Both the position numbers and the translations under genes were made by a program. A stretch of DNA of 64,000 bases from Takakia lepidozioides. Its lineage: Eukaryota; Plantae; Bryophyta. Where the stretch lies: NCBI GenBank assembly GCA_030704615.1, contig CM060734.1, positions 33,852,001 to 33,916,000 of the forward strand. Direction: 5' to 3'. Positions within the stretch are counted from its first letter, which is position 1, and every line of letters begins with the position of its first letter. This document shows, in pieces, positions 12,320 through 23,800 of the stretch. The notes below the pieces were generated by a model that worked only from the letters and a program-made list of their open reading frames with translations, ran no database searches and was not told the DNA's origin.

Positions 12320-15300
12320 ATGGCAACGGTGGTGGCTCTGTCCCCTCCTGCAACACTGTCTCTCAATAGCGCAGCCCGCCGTGGTCATCCAGTGGCAGTG
12401 TCTCAATACTCTACATCTCCTCAGCCTTCTTCGTTCGGCTCTCAGAACTTAAGTATTAAGGTGATTACTATTGTTTTTTTCCTTCGTGTACACCTCTGTA
12501 GTGTAGGATCTCAATGCAGCTGTGGCCATGTTTTAGTTGTGTTACATCGTCATTTTATACTGCTGCATGATTGCTATTTGCAAGTTGGATAACGAATAGG
12601 GCGGGTTCAGTCAAGAGCTGGACAGATGGACCCCGCCTAAGATTCGTTAACCACTGACTCTCAAATTATATCGATGATTTCATATTGAACATGCAGAATT
12701 GGGGAAGGTTTCAGAGTTATTCTGCGCATGGATCGTTTCTCGTCCTCCAGAAGCGCAAGCCTTGGGAAGATAGGAGGGGGATGGGGGCGCGGGCAAGCGC
12801 AGTCGCGCTTAAGGAAGGAGCAGGCAGTGCGCCAGGCCTTGAAGTGGTGGAAAGTGCTGAACCTAATTCTAGAGTATGTTCTCTGTGCATTTTTTCCTTT
12901 GCGAAGAGAAGAGCAGTTCCCTCTGTACCAACTTACAGATCAGTGACCAGAGCAGCCTTCTCAGTGCATTCAAACCATAGGACAGTGGTGGAGCTCTGAA
13001 TGTCTGTGTGCGTGTGTCTCTCTCTCTTTACAGTTTTGGGTCTTAGCTGAATTTGGAAACAATCGGTAGCAGTGATCTGTATCAGAACTTAAGAAAAAAA
13101 AAGGACTTAGCAGCGCTGTACAGTCCTTAATAATAGTTATTCCCAGTGTTGTATACCCGCCGCAATCCAACCCTACATATATACCGCACCAACCATCTAT
13201 GTTAAATTTGTGTATTTCTGTAGAAAATGGGAAAACTCTAGAGAGTTATTGCTTGAAACACACAGGATGTGGTGCACTGAAGGAGCATGTTCATTCCGAC
13301 TCTCACAGATCTGCATGTCTGGACCCCATTGGTTTTTTGTGCGGCAATAGAGATATTCCTTTCACCTAACATGTTGAGGGTTGGGTTTGATTCAAACAGA
13401 TACGACTAAACATCAGAGTACCTCCAAATGTATGCAAAGATAGCTATGACCAAGTCTTGAAAGAGTTCAGCAAGAAAGCCAAGGTGGGCCCTCTGGAAAT
13501 CTCACAATAAGTGTTGTTCTCCTACCTATAATGAAATGCTGGTTGTCCTTTGGTGCTGTGCTACTGTCTGTATTTCATCATTTCGAGGCTTATCTTCCCA
13601 GAACATTACTGTAGCAGAAAGGAACATACATACTTATGGTGGTCACCTCTTTAGAATAAAAAATGGAGTTGAAAGTGGGACACACTCTCTGAGCAACTCT
13701 TCTTACAGGAGAGATGTAAACAGGGACCCTTAAAACCCTCAACCTTGTTCAGCTGCTGTGGAGTTCTGGTTCTCAAAATCGCTCCTACAACTTTCTACAT
13801 CTTCGTGGTTTGTGATGCAAAATGCTATGGTACTGATGACACTGTTTTGCAAGTGATAAAGATACCAGGGTTTCGACCAGGCAAGGCTGTGCCGGAGTCA
13901 GTGTTGGTGAACTATATTGGCCCAGAGCAAGTGCGTGCTTCAGCTGTGGAAGCTGTTTTGAAGCGCACTCTCCCTGAAGCCATGTCCTCTGTGAGTTCAC
14001 TGTCCTGTCTTTCACTATTTGATATGAAAGAAATGGTCTCTCTCTCAGAGACAACTGTTTTTACCAGAGTTTGCATGCTGGAGGAGCAACATGGCAATGA
14101 TGATTGTGTGTTGGGGCGCTGTCAGGGGGAGGGTTCAAGAAAATGGGGTGGGGGGGGTAGGAGGGGACATTAGAGAAAAGCAGAATGGGGACCATAACCG
14201 TTGGTGAAGGCTTTGGTCCAGTCATCAGACTTTACCTTTGTAAACAGACTCGATTGTGGCCTTCCAGCTTTCCTTCCTGAAGCTCTTCACGATATAGTCA
14301 TTTTGAGGCAAACTAAACAACGTTATTTAGACAGAAGGGGTTCAGAGGATTTAGCATGGTCTTGAGGCTTTTCACCCTGAGCAACAGAGGGTAATGTGAG
14401 TTGAAACGAAATTGCATTTTATGAACTTTGAAGTGACATGGTGGCAGGTAGCTGGAAGAGCATTGAAGGAAACAGAGCACATACTGACTAAGTTTGACGA
14501 GCTGCAGGCCTCATTCTCACCGTCCTCGTCCCTTAGGTACCTTCTTGGTCCCATGTGATATATGAGGCTGACCTTCAGTTGGGGCCTGCTGTCTAACCAT
14601 CTCCAACAAATTTACCAGCGATCTATGGAAATCTTATTGTGAAAATTTGCCTGTTACTGAAATTTATGGTGGGGTAGCTACGACGTTGCAGTGGATGTGG
14701 CACCAGAAGTGAAATGGTCGCCGGAAGGTGCGTACCGGAATCTCCATGTAACAGTCAATGTCGATGACGACTCCACCGTACAAAGAGCAGCTGATGCGGA
14801 GCTGCAATCCCGGTGGAAAGACCTTGGCTCTTTGCAGGTTGTCACTGGCCGAGGTATTCAGGTAATCACTGCTGTGCACCCAAATGTCACTTTTCTGCTT
14901 GAGATCTGCCAGTAAAGTAATCTTGCTGAAGACAGGTCATTGACTGCTAGAGACTATTGCAGTTCCACCATACAGATTGTCAGACAAGTGGAGGGGCTGA
15001 GATTGAGGGGCATATGGCTTAGTTATGGCCTCTGGACACATTACAGTGTATGAGCCTCTCTTGCGCTTTGTTTGGTCAAAGCATAACTCTCTCGGAGAAT
15101 CAGCCTCCTTATGTTTCTCTTCTCTCTTGATCCTGTTTGATACCTTTTGGAACGTGCCGTCCTTAACGTTCATGCGGTGCTTAGATGGCGGATGTGGCAA
15201 TTGTTGACATCTCTGCCACACGTATCAATGAGGATGGCACACCTGGTGACGAGATCCTCTCCTGCAATCAAAAAGGTAGATAAGGTCTTCTCCAATTTAA

Positions 15301-17852
15301 ATACTGGGAGATATCTCCTCTTTGCATTCGTGTTCTTTTTTCTGGAGGCTCATTTCTTGTTTCCAAGATGTGTTAAGAAGACTCAGAGAGAGATATTTGG
15401 ATCACCTAATTGGTGTTGTTGGACTTCTGTAGGTTTTCAGTTGGATACAGAGGAAGGAGCCAGCTTCTTGCCTGGGTTTGTGGAGGCATTACTTGGTTTA
15501 GAAAAAGGCGAGAAGCGGTCATTTGACCTCACATTCCCACAAACATGGCAGCAGGAAGCCCTTCGAGGGGCGCTTTCACGTAAGCTGCGCGTTTTGTCTT
15601 ACACGTTTTCTTGTTGCTATATCGATCGGAGGATTCCGCCCAGTCCAAAGCAGAGAAAGATGTACTTATCATACTCTGCTTGCTGTAGCCCTGGTGTCAT
15701 GGTCCTTTTCCCAGTTTGGATAGATCAGGAAAGGGCAGAGGGAGACGAGTGTGGTTTAATGGTGCTAAAACCTTGCTCTGCAGTAGTGGTCGTTGGTCCC
15801 TGCAGACATTGGGTGTGATGTACCTTTGAGCTTTATTGATTGTGATATAAAGGTCAGCAACCTGCTTTAGGTTTGAACTTCAGACTAGTGTCCCAGAGTG
15901 GGGAGGGCTCTTTTGGTAGTTGTTAAGCCAATTATCATCAAGGGCAGGTGGGAGGGGAACATGTACAACTTCTGGTGAGGAGCCTTACCTTTGACTGGCT
16001 GCGACTTTCCGTCTGGTTTATGAGTGGGTATTACTGCGGCAGGCTGAGGGCAAAGAGCTTTTTATAAGATTGCTACCTGAACTGGAGGACTCCATCGCCC
16101 CTCAGCTTCTCGAGAACTGCACCACCATAACGGAGGTTAGTTTGTTTGTGCAGGGTCTTGTTACACTGTATTGGATTTACTTAGCTCATCATTCCTTGAT
16201 TTTTGGGATCAGACACTAATCTTTCGTTCCATTCCAAACATTCAGCAATTAGCAGAGGATCATCACGCTTCTGTCTTTTGAACAAGACAGATTTATCATT
16301 ATTAAGTTTTGTTTTTGAGTGCCCGCCCATGTTTGAACAGGTGAAAGAGGCATTTCTGAAGAAGCACGCTGAGCAGGCTGAGAAGGACAAAAAACAAGCC
16401 GTCCAATTTGCCATCATCCAGGAGCTTTCTAAGGTCTTTCTCTCCTCCCTGTAAATGATTCCTTTGTTGTCAAAATTCCTCGTTTCACAGGACAGGCATG
16501 GTTGATCCATCGCATCTTCCCCCTCTGACTAATACATGTGCTATGGAAGGTCTGAGAGGTGATGTGATCCTCCTGTGTCTGGCATGGTAACCAGGTGGCA
16601 GTAGTTGATGTGCCCAACTCACTGCTGGAGGATCAAGGACGGCAAATGTATGCTGCAAAGCTCATAGAGCTTCAGGTATCCACTTTTACCCCCTTAGTGT
16701 CGATCTTGTAAAATGATTCGCAACTCTGTCACAGGTTTCAGAAGGTCATTATAATTCCATGTCTGGTGCCACTCAAAGATACTTCGGATTTCACACGCAT
16801 TAAATCTGGAAATTTCAAAGAGCTCATGAAAGATGTCGCATAACGACAGCATTTTGACTCTTTATGGAGCCTTATTTGTTGGAATTTTCCCTCATAACCA
16901 GTTGATCTATACATTGGCAGGCAGGCATGAAGCTAAGCAAGGAGCAAGTGGTCTCATTGTCAAGTCAAGAGATGGTGAGAAATTTCCTTCTTTCACAAAA
17001 AGAAAGGATTTCCGATTCTGTGAAACAGACGCTCGCGGTGGCAGAAATTTCCAAGCTTGAAAACCTCAAGGTTGGCTCTCTCTACTCTTGTTTGTAATCG
17101 AGTTATTAACGAAACAGATGCTGGCAGTCGCAGAAATATTCAAGCTTGAAACTTCAAGGTTGGCTTTGCTGTTATGTTAATGTGTTTTTGGGCACCTTTT
17201 CCCACCACGGAAGAGGACAAGGCAGCATGTTTCTCAAATCTGCTAGGTCTGTAGAGGTTGAAGCTGCCACCCACTGCAAGTGATATGCTTTGTTTAAGTT
17301 GTGTTTTTACATGTTCTCCACATTTCTAGCTGGTTGCTAATGCCTGAAAGCAGACATGCATGACAATCGGAAGATTTACTGAGGACCAAACCACAGGATC
17401 TCATTTGTGTTACCCCTTCCTACTAAATTTGAAGCTAGATTGTATCCATAAGGTGTATTTCTTACAATTGTCTCTGTGCAAATAGTATTCGGAAGAGGAG
17501 CTGAATGCAGAAGTTGAGAGTGCAATTGCTGAATTCAAGCGTTATAACCAAGCCTATGATGAACAACGAGTCAAGGAGCAGGTATTCACCCACTGCCCCT
17601 GCTGGATTCTATCAGACCTGCCGGATCTGTGCGTTAGAGCTGAGCCCAGTAATATATTTAGGCTTTGATTCAAGGGGTGGAGCAGAGCCCAAACTCCTTC
17701 TGGGTCATGATACATTCATGTAGTAATCGTACAGGAGACCAATATTGATTTATAGTGTGTAATGCTTGCAGGCACAGGAGTTGCTGGAAGGGTCAAAAGT
17801 ATTGGAGTGGCTTACTCAGCATGCACAAATTAACTACGTGATCAAGCAATGA
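12320..17852 (+). CDS. TIG: Chloroplast trigger factor-like protein, ~14 exons (about 12320-12460, 12696-12873, 13400-13483, 13862-13990, 14448-14536, 14678-14861, 15185-15275, 15433-15579, 16043-16135, 16340-16432, 16595-16675, 16921-17070, 17486-17581, 17772-17852)
   Basis: Ser/Ala-rich transit peptide; ribosome-binding signature IPGFRPGK; YDVAVDVAPEVKW; FKBP-like FLPGFVEALLGLEKGEKRSFDLTFP; C-terminal AQELLEGSKVLEWL; GT-AG introns with one phase conflict at 15579. Confidence 0.9.
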
Positions 17853-18589
17853 TAGGGAAGCCACATATCTATTTGAAGATGTAGGTTGATACTTCATACT
17901 CTCAGGTTGAAGCCTGAACTCATGTTTGAATAGTTCACACATTTTTTCAGTTTAGAAGTTAGAGCCTTTGGAAATCTGAGGAGTAGAAATGCCTGTAGAT
18001 GGAGACATGGGAGTTAGAGGAGAGCTAGGACAGATGTGGTATATTCTTTGAGGTAGAGCACGTGGTTATCATGTTAGGGACCTTCTCCTAATGAGATGGT
18101 CGTATTCGTAGTATTGATAAGTTAGATGACAGCTTGAATGTCCGTTACTTGTGTATGAGTAATTGCATAATTGAAATTGAAACAAGCGGCTGGTCGCCGG
18201 TGGCTCCTCAGATTGACCCCTTCCGGGAGACGTAGGAGAGGGTGAGAGGTACTAGGTGTGTTTTGCTGTGTGAGGATGAGGATTGTGGAGGCATAAGGAG
18301 AAGCGTGAGCTGCGAATCTTGCCCAGTGAAGAGCTTGATGTGTAAGGGGGCCAGAGGGGGGGTGGGCAAAGCCCTTACCCTCCCAGATGTGCTGGGTAGC
18401 ACTACCCATGGCTCCAAAGATACGTCTCTGTGATGTAGGCTGGAAAATGTGTGCAAGTCCATAAGACATGTCGGTGGACTCGTGTAATAAGGGTGAGTGA
18501 GCCGAAATGTGCTGATAAGTAAGGCAAGATCTATGACTAGTGCTTACTCTTTTTTTAATTTATTTTTAACCTATTTTCATCCATAATAA

Positions 18590-18785
18590 ACCTTGAAAAT
18601 TCATCCATCTATTTTTCATAAATTGAAAAAATGTACTCATATAAGACATTGTTCAGAAAAAGAGAGGTGTTACCTGGTGAAGGCATTAGGAAGTAGTTCT
18701 CAAAGAGGTGTCACTTTGGAGAAGGCACCAGAGGGGCTGGCTTAGTGATTTTTGACATTGATACATAGTTTCCTCTTTAGAGTAA
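18590..18785 (+). repeat. Dispersed repeat, second copy at ~47120-47280
   Basis: Shared TTGAAAATTCATCCAT..GAGGTGTTACCT..ATTAGGAAGTAGTT..GGCTTAG..ATTTTTGACA..TTTAGA. Confidence 0.7.
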
Positions 18786-18919
18786 AGAGGAGCCAATAAA
18801 ATCAAATAGTTGTTCACTTGAGTTCAAGAGTAGAACCAAGGTGAAGACATGTGGAGGGCATGTTAGCTTTCCCTGTAATGGACAAATGAACTGATCTCCT
18901 GTAGGCAAGCTTCTTTTTA

Positions 18920-19970
18920 AGCTTAGCCAACAAGTCTCACTCCTGTGAAGGTCACTCAAGTCATGGCCAATTTGACATCCAAGAAGAACATGAGACTGAT
19001 TTTCCCCAATTGACTTTCAGACCGGAGGCTTGACTAAAGGTAGCCAGGGGGCGGAGGGTTCGATTGACATTCCAGATGAGCTGTTATCCACCAGCAATAC
19101 CATGTCATCCACATACATAGAGGTTTTAATACTGTAGGATGGAGTAGGAGAAAACGAAACCCGGAGCCCAAGGATATATTGCTGAGAGTGCAGCAAATGG
19201 CCTAGCCCATCAGCCTCAATGAGGAAGAGGAAAGGAGAGAGGGGCATCCCTGCCTAACTGAGCGGAAAAGCCGAAAGGGCTTTGACAAAGCCCCGTTGAT
19301 CATAACTTTACTGGATGCTGACAGGAGCAGAATTCTACATTTCTCAATGGCAGATAATAACTAGTCCCAGTCTACATTATCGAAAGCCTTCTCGAAGTCG
19401 AGCATAAGGAGGGCTAACGGCTGTTTTGATTCATGAGCAAAGTGTAGAGCCTCATTAACCAGTAAGACATTGTCTAGAATCATTTTTTATTTTTATTTTT
19501 TATGAATCCAGATTGCTCGGGGCGTATGAGCTTGTGTAGGAGTGAAGCCGGACAGCCAGAGCCTTGGCTATAGCCTTGTCAAGAGGGTGATAGGTCTATA
19601 ATTGGGTAGTTCATCCCTGTTGCCTGTTTGAAGATGAGAGTTGTGACTCTTTGGGGTGAAGGCATAAGTTAATTCCCTTATGAAGAATGTCGTTCGTCAT
19701 AGCCAAAAAATCTTCACTCACCTCCATCCAAATCGCTTTATAAAATTCTATCGGGAGGCCATCCAGTCCCAGGGATTTGAAGGAGCTAAGTTTATCCAGC
19801 ACATCCCCGAGCTCTATGGCTGAGAAGGGAGCAGAGAGGGTAAGGAGGTCAGCCGGGGAGATAGTAGAAGGGAAGCTGCGAAGGACAGATTGGGAGGAAG
19901 AGGATTGAAGCGTGTCTGCAGCACTTTTACTGAAGAGGTTTGAGAAATATGAAGCAGTGGAAAAGGTCAT
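18920..19970 (-). mobile_element. L1-clade LINE reverse-transcriptase remnant
   Basis: KSLGLDGLPIEFYKAIW, LDNVLLVNEAL..LLMLDFEKAFDNVDW, RQG-PLSPFLF, MYVDD; frameshifted. Confidence 0.85.
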
Positions 19971-20039
19971 ATGATTAGGATCCCTAAGTACAAAACCCTA
20001 TGATAAGTGATATGGAGCACTAATCGTGGTGGCCGCACA

Positions 20040-20620
20040 TCTTTGATTAGCTTTGACGGGACATCTTCTCACCTTTCAAAGACCAGTTTATTCCAGCTTT
20101 TCTACCAAGATTATCCTCTTTGGTCTTAAGCACTTCTGCCAAGTTGCACTAGCCAGAGCAAAGGAAGTCATGGTTTGAGGTCCCCAACATGTTCGATTCA
20201 ATAACCCTTTGGTAGTATTGTGCAAGACATTTGAGCTGGGCTTTTTCCCTTCTAATTTGGTCTTTAGCACAGGACGAGGCCAATTTCTGAGAATGACTCC
20301 TCCTTTGTGAATATGGAGAGTTTCATCTATGACTCCTATGGAGAGTTTCATCCATGATTCATTTCCATTATGCACTCTTGCCACCTCAAAAATTTCCTAG
20401 TCTTCCACTTTTGTTTTCATCCATAGTTTTTCATCACTTATGCAACGTGCTACACGATTGGGGAGGATCAATCCGAGGAGCCAACAACATACTACAAGAT
20501 GCCAAGGAAAATAAAATCGCCAAAGTGTAAGCGTGCCTTGACTACCTAATCCTAGCTTCCAGTCCCAAGCACCAAGGCCCCTCATGGTGGGTTGATCACA
20601 GAACGAGAGAGAGCGAGCCA
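20040..20620 (-). mobile_element. Possible second L1 remnant (post-RT region)
   Basis: CDQPTMRGLGAWD resembles the L1 C.PK..GGLG..D motif; Trp-rich degenerate frames. Confidence 0.35.
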
Positions 20621-20855
20621 GGTGGAAGGAGGGATCTGGTGAAGAGAGGGGACGAAGCAATGTATCGATACGTGAATTCATCGGCTGAAGCTGGAGTGCT
20701 CTGCAATGAGAAAAGATTTTGTCGCAGAGATCTCAGTGGACACAACAGCTGCTGTCACGATCTGAGTATGGACGTTTCATAGCTTGGGTGCAGCCAGGGA
20801 AAGTCGTTGAAGGGAACTGGGAGGGGTTGGGAGGTGAGAGACAGAAGCCTAGAAG

Positions 20856-23800
20856 ATGGCGGAGGACCAGGATGAGAAAGCGAAGCGTCTGCGGGAGCTT
20901 CTCAGCAGTTTCTATGGCTCCGGATCACCGGACGCAGCAGCTTCGTCGGGCCGTCGTGATTCTTTGCAGGGCATCAACCTCCCTAACTTTGATAGCGACC
21001 ATTACATGTCCTCTCTGGTTGGTGTCCTTTTCTGCTTCTTTCTCTCCCACTATAATAAGGTGTTTTCCTGCTTGGACAATGTTTTTCTTCTTCATTGCCA
21101 TCCATGGAAATGATGGAGTTATGTAGATATTCTGGGGGAGATCTGATCGCGAGAATCAGCTTTATATATCGGACCAGCCATTAGGTTTTCCTCCTTCCTA
21201 CTAATACAACAGAATATAAAATCACTCGCACTTCCAGATGACAAAACATGGGTTAAATTCTTCAGAAATGCAGGAAAATTCGGGCAAACTTTAGTCTTTC
21301 TATGTTGTAAGTAGCTCCAATTGTGAGATGGCTCTCCAAGTACCTGCCCCTCTGAAAGAATGCGAAAATCATGGGAGAACAGGGGTTCCCTCAAAATTTC
21401 TTGCTTTCTGGAGTGAAGGAAGTATCCTTGTCATGTATTATAAATGGCAAGTGACCCTGAGAAACCGGAACAGAGAGCTCTTCCCAAACAACAAATTACA
21501 CTCATTGGTGTGCATATGCATGTTGATGCAGCTCCGCAAGACTCCATTGGATAAATTACTGCAAAGGCACGTGGAGATGGCAGCAGAAATTAAAAATCTG
21601 GACAGCGATATGCAGATGCTAGTGTATGAGAACTACAACAAATTCATCAGTGCAACTGACACCATTCGACGGTAGCCATTTGACATCCCTCCTGTTGGCA
21701 GGGCATTTATCTTGCTCAATTCACTGGCGGGATTATATAGAACACATTGGGCTCTCAGAGAACCCGAGGGAGATCCTTACAACTGTCACACTGTGTCAGT
21801 GCAGAATGAAGGAGAATGTGGCAGGCATGGAATCTAAAATGGACCAACTCCTTGACACGGTACTTTTCTTTGTTGACTCATACTCTATGATTCCACTTGA
21901 TTCACCATGGTTAGAAAATGTTGGTTATTCAAACATAACCACTTAGAAAAATCATTCATCTTCTGGATTACAAATGAAGGTATCAGAGAGCACTAATGGT
22001 AGATTGATTTTCCCACTTGTCACTAGTGCATTCTGCATGAGGGGGGGTGGGGGGGTGACTGTGTGGGCACATGGAGGGAGGGGGTGTTTCTGCTAACTGT
22101 TATTGTATGTCAATCCAGAGTTCACGGCTTGCATATACATAATTACGGTTTTCCATTATAGAATTGAAAGTAGAGAATTACACTTTCAGTTTTGAGAGTC
22201 AAATCCTGGCCTATAACAATTGGTTTAGTCTGCAGCTGGTAGGGAGTAATGTAGCGTTTTGAATTGACTAGGGGTGTTTCACAGCTTGTAGCCGTCAACC
22301 ACACTTCACTCTATCTAGTGGTCAAATCCAGCTACCAAGAGCCATGTCTGTTTCTTGTTCCATGGTCTGTCCTCGCTTGTGGGAAGAGTATCTAGGTTTC
22401 AGGAAGGCTTGAAACCACCCAAATCTCAGTGAACTTTGTTTGTGGACAGGTGACGGCTGTGAGGGCAAAGAGTGATGGTATAAATGCTTCTTTATGTGAG
22501 CGCCGTGAGCGCATTGAGGAGCTCAATGGTACCCGCAGCCTTCTACGAAAAATTCAGGTGTTCACGTGTAGCCCTGGATATCTGTTGAGTTCAATACGAG
22601 GATATATGTTCATGATCAATGAAGCACAACTTTATAGAACAGTCATTGTGCGCAATATGCACATAATACTCAAGTGTGAAATATATTCGCATCCAGCCGC
22701 TACTTCAGCTCTTTGATGACAGACCTTGTTGGGACCATGACCTGACATTCCCAAGCTCCGTGTGTGTCTCATCAGATTTAATGGGAAGACTATGTACTGC
22801 AAAGTCCAGGTTTCTGAGCTGCAAAAGGTTGCCTAGGTTGTCGTTGGTGATGCCAAGCTCAGAGAATGCTAGCTGCAGAGCTGCCACTTGAGGGCTTCCG
22901 AGAAACTTGTGTAATCTAAATGCAAGCGTTTTGTGCTGAATTGTCCAGTTCATATTTGATCTGCCACAACGTTTGCGTAAATGCATGAAGACCAAGGATT
23001 ACAGCGCTGCAGTCAAGTACTATCTTGGAGCACTTCCCATTCTCCAGGTATGGAGATTGTATTTATGTATATCCATGTGTATAGACTATTGGGTTCTCCC
23101 AAGTCTTGGAGCATATACATCTGGCACATAAGCGGTCTTCTAAATAGAATTGGGGAAAGGGGCAGGATGCAGGAAGGTCATGTACTATGCCTCTCTCTCA
23201 CAGATATATGGTTTCGTAATCCTCTATGGGGTCTATCGATGTTTGCCTGGCACTTTAATCTTGCAGTAGAAGTTATCTGCATGAAGGATGCAGGAGCTTA
23301 TGATCCTTAGTCTAGTCCAGAGGAGTTTCTTCTTCTCAACATTTAGTTATTGAGTTCATGCTAGATAAACGTGACATGGAAAGTGTCAAGTTACATTAGC
23401 CACCGGTCATGATTAGGGTGGTGGTGATGATGGGATGCCGATTTGGGGAGATTAGGCATATGGCAAATCATCCTTTCAGACTTGCAAGGTGGAGGCTGAG
23501 GAAATCATTGCCAACCTTACGAAGCGCCTCCAAGTACCTCATCTCTACTTTGTATCCCTTTCTTCTCTTGCGTGCATTTTTTCTTAATGTCCGATCTCTG
23601 TCTGTTTATTTTCTCCTCCACCAACCCAGTGGAAGTGCCCTAGTAACCATGCGTCCTCTGGATATATTGCTATTCTTCCTTGTCAGCAAGAACAGGTAGT
23701 GTCTAATGACTTGGTTACGTATGCATTGGCATCTGGTAATGTTGTCAATGAAAATCAACTGCTTATACTGCTGGGGGGTTTCCTTTGGGCCAGAGGTGCA

